From NCBI GenBank assembly GCA_013239625.1, contig MU054220.1, positions 6,618,626 through 6,682,625 on the forward strand: a stretch of DNA of 64,000 nt. The letters are read 5' to 3'. Below the pieces are notes generated by a model. The model searched no databases and was not told the origin of the DNA. It was given only the letters and a program-made list of their open reading frames with translations. The position numbers and the translations under genes are program-made. The DNA comes from Lama guanicoe. Taxonomy: Eukaryota. Shown here in pieces: positions 37,290 through 48,700 of this stretch; positions within the stretch are counted from its first letter, which is position 1, and each line of letters starts with the position of its first letter.

Positions 37290-37560
37290 CTCAGACAGCT
37301 TTATTGATGTGTCGTCAGGCTGAGAAGAGAAGGCACTGCAGCAGGGTGACAAGGACATGTTCTGTGTGTTCATCGACCTGCAGTCTCCCATGGAAAACGC
37401 CACAGACTTCTGAATGTCTTGAGTGGTTTTATCGATGCAGCTCCTGCCAGCTGAGCGGGGAATTGGAATCACCACATTTATTTTTCCTGTCATGTTGGCG
37501 CTGTCATTTAAGAATTTAATAGATACATAGATGATGCAGAAAAGTAGGGAAACTGAGTAC
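37290..37560 (+). mobile_element. degraded RTE-clade non-LTR retrotransposon RT fragment
   Basis: ordered motifs in three frames: EKALQQGDKDMFCVFIDLQ (37327-37383), GELESPHLF (37457-37483), NL/RYIDDA (37513-37538). Confidence 0.55.
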
Positions 37561-38689
37561 CTGGTCAAATTATTTGGGGGTGGGTTGCTGGAGAAAATTG
37601 CAAAACCCCAGAAAGTCAAAGGAATATGAAATCTGCCTGAAATGGATTGTACGTGCACGCTACTGTGGAATTTCTACAGTCTTTTGTCACTGAAATCCTC
37701 TCCTGCAGCAGGTGATGAATCTTGACCAGGGGAACCAGTCAATGGAGCAAAACTGTCATCCGAGAAGACAATATGAAAAACTGATAGGACTTTAATACAT
37801 GTCTAGTTTGTGAGTGGGTATATTCATGGGACAGGCTGAATGAGGGCATGTCAGTAGATCATAAAGTCATAGGCCCAAGAAGGACTTTGAAAGGTTATGC
37901 AATCCATTTTCCTGTCTCCAAGAGGGAAAACCCTTATAATATTGCATAAAGGAAAAACAAAACAAAACAAAATATCCTATAGATCTGCAGAGTGCAGTCA
38001 GCTTGAGAGATTAATTTCCATTTTAAATTTATAAATGGCATTTGCTTATAATTCTTTTTTATCATTAAATATTAAATTCATAATTAGTTTCTCATAAAGA
38101 CAATCAATTCTGAAGCCCTTGTTCTGTAATGCCCTTGATTATTAATTTATCAGTTATTTGAACCAACATACTGTATACCCAGGTATGATACTAGAAATAA
38201 TGTTCTAAAGACATTTATCACAGGAATGTATAATAAGAAAAAAAGAGACATTCTTTACTCAGCTCAGCTCGAAGGAACACCTCCACACGCCTGGGTTGTC
38301 GTTGGGGGTGTGTGGGAGGCCTTAGTGAGGGCTTCTTGGAGGTTAATATCTGCAGTTTTGATGTTACTATGTATTTCACAATTAGTGTGTCTCTGTATAT
38401 TTTTAAAACCATTGGTCACAGTGGAACAGCCCTCCTTATTTTCATGTAGACAGTTTTCCTCTACCTCAGATTGGCACATTATTTCTTGCTGTTTCTTAGG
38501 AATCTTACTGCCTTACAGTTTACAAAAATATAGAGACAAAAGTAGAGAGAGATGGAAAGATGGAGAGAGAATCTTCTTTGGTCTTTCGCCCGTCTCTGGA
38601 GATCACCCAAACTGTGACCTTTCTTTCATCACACTAAGTCTTTTGAAATAATTACACTCATCCCTGTCACTCCTCCTCTGTCTGGCTGC

Positions 38690-39350
38690 ATTCCCGACTG
38701 CTCCTCTGAGATAGGTCTGTCAGAGATTGCTTCTGGATACTGGGGAGCTTTTGAATCCTATCTCATTTGACCCCTTTGCAGCCTGCGGCATCCTTGACTA
38801 CTCTCTACCTTAGGAAACCTTCTTTTCCTCTAACTTCTGAAGCACCTCTCTCCTCCTCCTACTGCTGTACCCTTTACTGTCTCTTTTAGTTTCCTTTGTG
38901 CATCACAAGTGTTGGTGATCCCTGTGGTTCCATTTTTATCCTCATTTCATCACTGTCTTCCTTTTCTTTTCACAGTGTATACGCGTACTTACTGATATCA
39001 TCAACTTCCAGCTCTTCAGCTATCCTTACTATTCTGATAATTCACGAATCTCTGTCTCCCACACTGATATCTTTGCAGAGCTAAGCCTTCCCACCGACTG
39101 TATGCTGCGTAGTGTCACTGGTGTATATTTCAAGCCTCTGTAACTCAGAGCATCGAACACTAAACCTCTCATACCACTCCAGGCCGCACCACTTCTCCTG
39201 TGTGTCCTGTCTGTCCATCAAATGGCACCACTACTAATCACATTCCATTGGTCAGATTTCGCTTTTCTTGATTTTCACGAACCCCACCACATCCCTATTC
39301 ACTCACCTCTTAAAACATCAGTGACTATTTCTAGAGCCCTGATAATTTTT
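38690..39350 (+). mobile_element. L2 LINE ORF2 (RT region) relic
   Basis: CTCATTTGACCCCTTTGCAGC...CTTGACTACTCTCTACCTTAGGAAAC resembles LDLSAAFDTVDHSLLLET; pyrimidine-rich L2 sense pattern continues. Confidence 0.65.
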
Positions 39351-39859
39351 TGCTCGTTAGTTTCAAAAATGGCACTATGGAATGTGCAGATAGCTAAGAT
39401 TACAGTGAATTGCTAGACTAGGACCATGCCTGGTGCAAGGGAAGAGAAGATCAGGGTCCGCTGTCAGCAAGTGTATAAAGTAGGTGATGATTATTATCCA
39501 TCCTCATAACTTAGCTACTCCTCTCTTTAGCCTCCAGAGTGCCTCTGATGCCAAATGGCATAAGGAAAACAAACTTGATTTGTCACCCACAAATTATTTT
39601 ATTGTAAAAAAATAGAACTGTCTGCATTTTTAAATGAATGTTTCAGAGTCATAAACATAAAGAAAAGTATTCCTACTCTGGAATTAAGTAATGAATTAAC
39701 CTGGAAAGTAAGGATTTCTCAGACTTCTCTGTATCCTATTAAAAGATGATTAGTCTTCATACAGAAGTCAACCTTGATGTGATTAAGGCACTGTTCTTTG
39801 GACAGGGAATCCAGTATGCTGTGCAAATCATACTGGGGGAGGAGGGAGGTTAGTACAAG

Positions 39860-40355
39860 ATGAATTTGAAGATATACACTGGGTCAGGTTGATGGAAAGG
39901 CCCCGTAGACCAAGCAATAGTTTGGCATTTGTTCCAAACGCAGTGGGAAGTTTCCTAAGCATTTTTAGCTGGGATATAATATATTTCAGGCATCTGTGTG
40001 AATCGTGGTTTTATTATGAGCAAAGAAAAAAAAGGAAAAATGATCAACATATGACAGTGTCTAAAACTAGGTAGTAATAGACCTGGAGAGAAATTTAAAA
40101 ATTTGGAAATATATTTTGAAGTTAGCATTACCAAATCTTTTGATGGACTGGGTGTGATTAGAAACTATCAAAGATGTCTCCCAGGTTCTTTGCTTGAGCA
40201 TGTGGGTGGATAAAGTACTAATTTTCTGAAATGGGAAAGACTGGAGGAGAAACAGAACTTGGAGAGATATTAAGAGTTGTGTTTTAGCTATGTTAAATTG
40301 GAAATGCCCACTAGGTGACTAAGTGAAGTAAGCAGTTGTGTATATGAGTCTGAAG
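39860..40355 (-). mobile_element. L2 LINE fragment
   Basis: TCAAAGATGTCTCCCAGGTTCTTTGCTTGAGCA...GAAATGGGAAAGACTGGAGGAGAAACAG...AAGAGTTGTGTTTTAG. Confidence 0.75.
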
Positions 40356-41441
40356 TTGTATTAGTGGTTATATTTCACAGGAGGAGAACCCTATCCTGTT
40401 TAGCTACTTTCATATAAACAGGAACCAGGTTTCCCTCTGGGCTACATAGCTCTGCAGATACAGAGTCCTAAAATCTGACGATGCAGCATCAGCTGTATTT
40501 CAGGGGCCTTTTTCTTGGGCACAAACAGCCCAGTCATATTTGGCTACCCTGATTCCTAGTCTGCTTACTTGTACAACTTTGATGACCACTTAAGGGAAAG
40601 GGAAATGATCAGTTCTCAGGGGTATACTTTAAGTTGTGTTTCTGGAATGTTTCTGAGAGATGTTACAAAGTCATCAACAGAGATTCCCAGATCACAGGTA
40701 TGTTGTATGCCAGTCTTTGAACTTCACCTCTGGTCATTTTTGGTGGATGTCTTGATAAAGAAGACATAACTTTCTGGCTGAGTCAGGTTTCTGGTCCTCT
40801 TGGTTATTTTAGCAAAATCAAGGCGGAGGAGAAAGAAAAAAAAATAAGGAGCTTTAGAGTTGGAGGTCATTAGGGAAGAAAAGCTAATGAAGTTGTGAAA
40901 GAAGTGTAATAGAGAAAAGTTAAGAGAGGGGGAAAGATGGAATTCCAAGTTGGGTTAAAGGTTGAATATTTTGGTCTCTAAAGATTAATTTGTAAATATT
41001 TGGTGGAAAATTTTGTTTCTATGAAATGTAATTGTTGTTTCTTAAGGGATGAGGATTTGGAGAGCTGTAGATGGAGGGAAAAGCAACCACCTCATTTTGG
41101 AGGAATCTTTGGCAGCCGTGGAAATTATATAATATACATTGCCAGGGTTTTCAACTATGAGTAGGAGCAATGTCCAAGTCTAATTGGTGGACCTGCAAGC
41201 CAGAAATTCTGAAAGCCTCTCCTTCATCCCATGTTAATTGCAAATGAACATATCTCTAGCAGAGGGAAGCCCTCGCTTCTTCAACATCCCTCACTGCTAT
41301 GGTGCAACCAGTGTTTATGCTTCTGGGGAGATTACAGCCAGCTGTCTTCCATGGGAATTGCCTGGGTTGCCAGTTGGCCAGCGATGCCATCCCACTTCAC
41401 TGTTAGTTAATAAAAATGCTGAGGAGAGAATGCTTTCTTTA

Positions 41442-44434
41442 TTATTATTATTTATTTTTTTTAATTGAGTGATAGTCATCTTACAATGTTGTGTCAAATT
41501 CTAGTGCAGAGCACAATTTTTCAGTTATACATGAACATATATATATATATTCATTGTCACATTTTTTTCCACTGTGAGCTACCACAAGATCTTGTATATA
41601 TTTCCCTGTGCTATACTGTTTATCTATTCTGCATTTTAAAATCCCAGTCTGTCCCTTCCCACCCCCTGCCCCCTTGGCAACCACAAGACTGTATTCTATG
41701 TCTATGAGTCTGTTTCTGTTTTGTATTTATGTTTTTGTTTTTTTTTTAGATTCATCATATGAGCGATCTCATATGGTATTTTTCTTTCTCTTTCTGGCTT
41801 ACTTCACTTAGAATGACATTCTCCAGGGACATCCATGTGGCTGCAAATGGCATTATGTTTTCATTTTTTATGGCTGAATAGTATTCTATTGTATAAATAC
41901 ACTACATTTTCTTTATCCAGTCATCTGTCAGTGGACATTAAAGCTGCTTCCATGTCTTGGCTATTGTAAATAATGCTGCTAGGAACATTCGGGTGCAGGT
42001 GTCATTTTGAAGTAAGATTCCTTCTGGATATATGCCTGGAGCAGGATTCTTGGGTCATATGGTAAGTATATTCCTAGTCTTTTGAGGAATCTCCATACTG
42101 TTTTCCACAGTGGCTTTCCTTGCTTCCTTCTCCCACTCTTAATGATTTAGAGGTCTTCTTTTACAATTTTATGTTTATTCTTTTTGTAATTCATGGCAGT
42201 TATCTCCTTTCCAGTTATGAGTTTCTCATTTTTGTAGCATCCTGCTTCTTTTCTATTTAGAGTAGACCTGTCAATATTTCTTTTAACATGGGTTTAGTGT
42301 TGCTAAACTCTTTAGTTTTTGCTTGTCTGTAAAGTTCTTTATCTCTCCTTCTATTCTAAAGGATAGCCTTGCTGGATAGAGTATCCTAGGCTGCATCTTT
42401 TTTTCATTCAGGACTTTGAGTGTATCCTGCCACTGCCTTCTGGCCTATAGTGTCTGTGTAGAGAAATCAGCTGAGAGCCTTATGGGGATTCCCTTGTAAC
42501 TCACTCTTTGTTTTTCTCTTGCTGCCTTTAGGACCATTGCTTTATCCTTGACTCTGACCATCTTGATTATGATATGTCTTGATGTGGGTCTATTTGGGTT
42601 CTTCCTGTTTGTGACCCTCTGAGCCTCCTGTACTTGGATATCTGATTCCTTTAGGTTTGGGAAGTTTTCAGTCATGATTTCTTCAAATACCTTTTCAATC
42701 CCCTTTGTTCTTTCTTCCCCTTCTGGAACCCCTATTATGCATAGATTGGCATGCTTTATGTCATCCCATAGGTCCCTTATATTGTTTTCATTGTATTTTA
42801 TTTGTTTTTCTCTCAGCTGTTCTGATTGGGTGCTTTCTATTGTCCTGTCTTCTAGGTCACTTATTCATTCCTCTGCATTATCTAGCCTGCTTTGTACAGC
42901 CTTTAGGTCAGCTCTCATCTCAGCCAATGAGTTTACTAATTCTACTTGGTTCTTCTTTATAGCTTCTATTTCATTTTTGACATATTTTATATCTTTAAAC
43001 ACTATTTCTTTTAGTTCCTTCAGTACTTTGGTCAGTCCTTTTTTGAAATCTTGATCTAGTAGGCCATCAATGTCTATTTCCTTGATCGTGCTTTCAGGGG
43101 ATTTCTCTTGATCTTTTAATTGGGAGAGGTTCCTCTGCTTCTTCATATTGCTCATATCTCTCTGACACTGTGGCTTAAGGAGTATCAGCTATCTAGTTCT
43201 CCTGGAGATGGTGTGCTCTTAATGATTTTATTGAGGTCTTTGTGTCTTCACCCTGTTTCGTGAACTCAGCTTGCTGTTTCTAGAGGCCCTCTGTTGGCAC
43301 CCTCATCTGTGCTGCTCCCAGTGCTGTCGGCTGGCAGATCATGCCCCCTCCTAACACTGGGTCAGGTGCTGAGCTCTTACCCTGTGGGCAGGTGGGTCAT
43401 GACCCCCCCCCCAGCACCATGGTCCGGTGCTGCATTCCTGCCAAGAAGGTGGGTGGCCGCCCTCCCTTTCCCAGCACAGATCGCTCCACTGCTCTGTGCA
43501 GCTGCCTGCTCTGCCTCTGGTCAGCACTCCGGAGGCGGGCTCTGGAAAGACCACAGAACGGCCCCATCCCTGCTCTGTGCCAAATCTCAGCTCCTTGTTT
43601 GTCTTGGTGGCACAAGTTCTCTGAGGTGCCAGGGCAGAAAGATCCTAATGTCTTGGGCTGTAAACAAGTCTCAGTCCTGCCTAGGAGGTTGCGGAGCCCC
43701 CAGGTGCAGATTCAGGTCTCAGCCCCTCCCGGACCCGGGCACTGCGCACTGGAGAAGATGGCGGCTGTGGCTGCACCCTGCCTCCCTTCTCGCGAGAAGC
43801 ACCAGTAATGGCGGTGCAGGTCTGAGGAGACAAAGGCTATGGCGCCCTTCCCCGCAGGGCACACCAGCCGTGTTGCTTCGCTTTTATCACAATTTATGGA
43901 GGACTGAGGTTGTTCTGCTCCATATCCCCTCCCAGCCACGGCGTACAGCACCCTGCAGTCCTCCAGGGCTGCCTCAGTGCAGCCGCCCCATTGCTCTGCC
44001 TAGCTCGGGCAGCCCGTCCTGGCCCCAGCTGCCAGCTCCCGTCTCGGGCTGGGTGTCGTGGGGACCCTCCATGCCCGTTTAACTCAGTTCTGTCAGTCAA
44101 GGGATGCTCGGGGCAGATCTGAGCCTCGGAGGCTCCCCCTCCATCCCGCTGGCCTCTACATTGGATGGGGGGAGACCCAGAGAATGAGCACCAGTCCTCA
44201 TTTGTTGCTCCCTCCCTGGGGGATTGGTCCTGCACTGTTTTGGTTTTTCTTCTTTCTTTTTTCCTTTTCTCCTACAAGATTTTTGGTGTCTTTGTCTTTC
44301 GAAGAGTGACATTCTGTCGGAGTTCAGCAGGTGCTCTGGTTGGCTGAGTAGGTCCGTAGATGTGAGTTTTGGTGTATTTGTGGGAGAGGGTGAGCTACGA
44401 GCATCCTTCTACTCCATCATCTTGCTTCATGTCC
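41442..44434 (-). mobile_element. TSD-bounded 3.0-kb L1 lacking almost all of ORF2 (HAL1-like or spliced L1)
   Basis: perfect 16-bp TSD GAGAATGCTTTCTTTA (41426-41441, 44435-44450); L1-type 5' start GGACATGAAGCAAGATGATGGAGTAG; GC-rich 5'UTR; ORF1; junction at ~42114 to the last part of ORF2; 3'UTR and A-rich tail. Confidence 0.95.
42257..43155 (-). pseudogene. L1 ORF1p (RNA-binding/chaperone) pseudogene
   Basis: MSNMKKQRN..., ENFPNL, RHIIIKM, LKAAREK, PIRLSADFS, QPRILYPARLSF motifs; stops at 42865 and 42445 and a 1-nt frameshift near 42311. Confidence 0.93.
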
Positions 44435-45699
44435 GAGAATGCTTTCTTTAGAGTGGAGTAGTGCTTTCTGCTGCATTTGTGAATTTTATGGAAGAGGAAC
44501 TTTATGTGGACATTGGTAAGATTTCATAATTCTGACATGCACTAATTATGCCAAAGCATGTGGGTGGTGAATCAATAGTTTTCCAGGAAAATTGAGTAAC
44601 ACTCCACTACACATTGAACTTCTTTAAAAACAATTACTTTTCAATGATTCAGAGGAAAAGGGAGCCAAAAGAATAGTAATATGCTCAATTCCAGATCCTG
44701 TTATCTGCTACAGGGGGACAATAATAACCTTTATAAATGCTGAGGGCCAGCATTTCCTGCTAGGGGATCACTTAGAGCTTTATTCTCCAGCTTGTACAGA
44801 CTTTCTGCCCTATCATCCTCAAATTGTTATGTTTATCTGATGCTTTTACATTGTCTCAGTGCTGCTCCCCAAGCTTCAAGTGTCATATTCTTGACTTGAG
44901 ATTCACAGTTAAATGAACCAAAATGCAGAGCCATTACTTTCTGCCTTTTTGTCTCCAGTGACTTGTGTAACACTATGTTTTTCTGTTTGATATTTGCAAT
45001 AGAAATATTAGCTGTCAACAAGAAGAAAAAAAAAAGATATGAATGATGCTGTGAAGGTCTCTGAAGGGGAAAAATCATTTAAACCTGAAATTTTTAACTG
45101 AGACTTCCTTTGTCAAAAAGGGAGAAGAAAAAAAATAGTCAATAGAAAGACTAAGAAGAGGTTTCAATTCTGCAGTCTTTTCATTAAGAAGAGTTGAATA
45201 TTTCTTCAATTATTTTTTGTCACAAACAGGTGACTTAAATGGGTGCTTAAAAAAATCAAACAGGCAATAAGTCATCTGGAATTTTCCCCAATACCTAATT
45301 TATGGATAGACTATATACAATGTATGGCCAGGGTCAAATATAAGGACTGGTAGGGATATCCCAGATGATCTAACTCGGGTTTTTTTATATCATAATTAAG
45401 TAAACTTAAAACCAAAAAAAAAAAAAAGATATATGCCCAATACGAAAGCAGAGCAGAGTATGCTGACTTCTAAAGGTGATATTTCCCTCAACAGTCCAAT
45501 TAAAGATGTGCTGCAGTGCAATTGCTTCATATAAATTCATGTGAACAAAATGTAACTTGGATTTATAAACACTTAGTCAAGTAAAATTAATTCTTTCGCT
45601 TTGGTTTTTTGCCATGGTTTTCTAATAATAATAATGATAATAATAATGAGAAGGAGGAGAAGAAGAAGTCAGATCTCATTCAGGCTTCAATCATGGATA

Positions 45700-46170
45700 G
45701 TTTGTGAGCTGTGAGTAAAGGAAGTTGTAATTCCCAGGAGCCAGCATGGCTTCCCTGTGAAGATGGTGGCACACTTCCCTCATAGTCTTCTCTAGGGTTC
45801 CTTCACTGGCAATTTAGGAGCTAATTGTTCCCTTGTTTGACTGCATTTTGGAAAGACAATTGATGAAAATATCTCAAAGTCCTTATGAACAAGATAGAGA
45901 AATAAATGTTAGATGGCAGTACAAATTGGTGGATCCATAGTTGATTTTTAAATTGATGTTAGTCTTGTCATTTTTAAAGTCTGTCTTAAAGGAGAAGGAT
46001 TCACTTCCCTTTGGCAATTTCAGAGCATGGTACCAGGCCCAATGGGCAGAGGTCAAAGATATAATTTGATTGATTTTAAAATATGATGGAATTTCTTAAG
46101 AAGTGGTGAACTTCCCATCGCTGGAAGTATTCAACCAAAGAGATAAAAAACCTACATCTGACAGGGGTTG
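45700..46170 (+). mobile_element. CR1/L3 LINE relic (RT fragment joined to 3' end)
   Basis: VIPRSQHGF (45727-45753), LHFGKTID (LDFSKAFD-like), KIEK*MLDGSTNWWIHS, then L3 tail-like GTGGTGAACTTCCCATCGCTGGAAGTATTCAA. Confidence 0.75.
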
Positions 46171-46186
46171 AGACAGTCTACTACTA

Positions 46187-47905
46187 CAACAGTTCTCAGA
46201 ACATTTGGTGTCAAGATCCATTTATATTCATACAAAATGACTGAAGATCTACAAAAAGCTTTTGTTATGTGCACTGTGCCTATTAATAAAATGAAACAGA
46301 AACTTTTAAAACACTTACTAATTCATTTAAAGATAACAGCAAATGTGTTACAGGTTAACGTAAATAACAGAGTTGTATGAAAATATCTATTTTTTAGTAT
46401 GATTTAGTGAGAAGAGTTGCATTTTGCATTTCTCTGGTTTAACAGCAGAAAGCTGGATTCTCCTATCTGTTTCTCATTCAGTCTTTTGAGATACGTGGTT
46501 TTATTTTAAGTGCAGAAAAAGAAAAATATGCCCTAACACAGATCTGTGGTTTGAAAGGAAGTGGTATGACCATATTTTAATTACCCTTTCAGATGATTGT
46601 GGATATGTGAAAACTCAACAAGTAGAAGTTTCTTTTTTTTTTTTTTTTTTACCCCATTTTTTTTTTTTTTTTTTTTTATCTTAGCCCATTTTTTTCTTTC
46701 TTTTTTTCTTTTTTTTTTTTTTAATTCAGTTATACATACTTCACTTAGAATGACATTCTCCAGGGACATATTTCAGTCATACATATACATACATACATTT
46801 GTTTTCATACTCTTTCATTATAGGTTGCTATAAGATATTGAATATAGCTCCTTGTGCTATACAGTAGAAACTTGTTTATCAATTTTATATATAGTGGTTA
46901 ATAGCTGCAAATCTCAAACTCTCAATTTTTCCCTCCCCATAACCATTCCCCCCTGGTAACCGTAAGTTTGTTTTCTATGTCTGTGAGTAAAACTTTCTTA
47001 AAGGTTAACTGCCATGGGGAATCTGGAACCACACCAATGAACTTTTCTGTTAAATCACAAGGCATTGTCCTTTGATCTTTTACCCATGTGTGATTTTGTA
47101 ACAACATGGGTTAGTCATTTAGAAAATACAAGTTCACTGGGTCATACAGATCTTCTAACTATTGACAAATTTTACTATATGGCAACAAAATGCCACATTT
47201 ATTAATATCACCTATTCTTTAAGAATTGGGAAGCAATCAAGCTGACTGTGATGGACAGACACAGCCTTCCAAAATTTTATTTTTCTTCTCAAAAGATCAA
47301 ATTTGATCATAAGTCACAAATAGTGTCAGTTGTTTTCTTTGACGTGACAGGCTTTGTCAATTTTGGTACAAATGCCTACCAAGTATCCAAGTATGAAAAA
47401 CCATAGTTTGTCAGTTGTTTTATTGGATGAAAATGGAGTTTGATGAAAAAAGCATCTAGTTCAGCTCACAGCTCAATCATACAGAGTGTTTTTCTTTGAG
47501 ATGACCGTTATACTTCCATAGGTAGAAGAAGCACTTTCTTTGTATTTCACATTTTTTCACAGAATTAAAAAAAATCTGTTATTCAGAAGTCAAGATTAAA
47601 TATAATTAATGACATTTGCTGCTTCATCAAGGACAATCTTAAGCAAAAATGGACATTGTTTTGTTACCAGAATGTGAGTTTGAAATACGATGACTACTGG
47701 TTTAGTCTAGTGCCACCACCTTGGTCCCTGCTAAGGTCCACTTTTTACCCCACCACTGCTTCTGCACCATCAGTGAAAATATCAACTCACTGAAAAAGGC
47801 AAACAGTGTCTTAGTATCAGTATAAATATTCTTCTGATCTTGTGAAATCCTGAGATGGTTTAGGGACGCTCCAGTGTTCCATGAACCACACTTTCAGAAT
47901 CACTG
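46187..47905 (-). mobile_element. Charlie1-like hAT DNA transposon
   Basis: termini CAACAGTTCTCAGA... and ...ACCACACTTTCAGAATCACTG; internal TTTTACCCCACCACTGCTTCTGCACCATCAGTG...TGAAAAAGGCAAA...GTCTTAGTAT matches the Charlie1 end as remembered. Confidence 0.8.
46636..46985 (-). mobile_element. L1 3'UTR fragment inserted in Charlie1
   Basis: ATAGGTTGCTATAAGATATTGAATATAG...CTGGTAACCGTAAGTTTGTTTTCTATGTCTGTGAG; degenerate TSD AGTAGAAGTTTCTT (46621) / AGTAAAACTTTCTT (46986). Confidence 0.8.
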
Positions 47906-47914
47906 ATCCGGTGA

Positions 47915-48105
47915 TTAATAACACAGAATCTGGATTAGGCTTCTTGTTTTGAATTCTGGCTGAGCTACTTAACAAATTGTGTGACTTTGGGAAAGACACA
48001 CATTTCTGAGCCTGTTTCCTCTTCTATAAAGTGGGGAAAATAGGACAGTGGTGCATAGTTAAGGAGAAAATGCTATAAACCAAGTAGCACACTGCTTGAC
48101 ACATG
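47915..48105 (+). mobile_element. MIR SINE
   Basis: TTTGAATTCTGGCTGAGCTACTTAAC...TGTGTGACTTTGGG...TCTGAGCCTGTTTCCTCTTCTATAAAGTGGG. Confidence 0.7.
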
Positions 48106-48479
48106 TCACTGTTATGATGATGATAATTCAGTTGTTGCATTGTGAAAGACAGTAAGGTTGTGTGATTTTGACCAATTAGAAGTTAGAATAAATTACCTTT
48201 AAAATACATTCAATTGTGAGATTCTCTTATTATTTTTGACTTGTAAAAACAACCAGTATTGTTACCACAAAACTTAGGATACAGCTGCAGCAAGAGATAT
48301 TAAGAGGGAGAGGTTTAATCTTTCCTACCTCCAATCGAAGTCAGCCCAAATAAACACGCCTATTAAGTGAAAACAGAAAGCATGTAGGTAGAATTGACTT
48401 CAAGCCTACCCCTTCCAACCATCCCTTCTGCTTAAAAGTCTGGTGCCATACCTTTGCCATGTTTCTGACTTTATGCATT

Positions 48480-48700
48480 GTGGCACAGGGGTTAATGAGG
48501 GCTGTGAAACCTGAGTTCCTGAGTTTGAATCCCACTTTGGCCTCTTAATAGCAGTGGGGCTATGGGCATTTTTCTTAACCACTCTGAACCTCAGTGTTCT
48601 CCTCTGAAAGATGAGGGTAACATTTGCATCTGCTTCATGGAGCGGGTATGAAGATTCACATTTGTAAAGTGCCTACAGCAATGTCTAATACAGAATGGAT
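48480..48700 (+). mobile_element. MIR SINE
   Basis: CCTGAGTTTGAATCCCA...CTTAACCACTCTGAACCTCAGTGTTCTC...TGTAAAGTGCCTA. Confidence 0.75.

Noticed and set aside
37200..37658. 152-aa minus-strand ORF as a host gene
   Set aside because: No recognisable domain; it is antisense to the RTE-like RT relic and has no supporting splice context.
43341..44451. Cluster of overlapping ORFs / apparent CpG-island gene promoter
   Set aside because: Lies wholly in the GC-rich 5'UTR of the TSD-bounded L1; stop-poor composition explains the ORFs.
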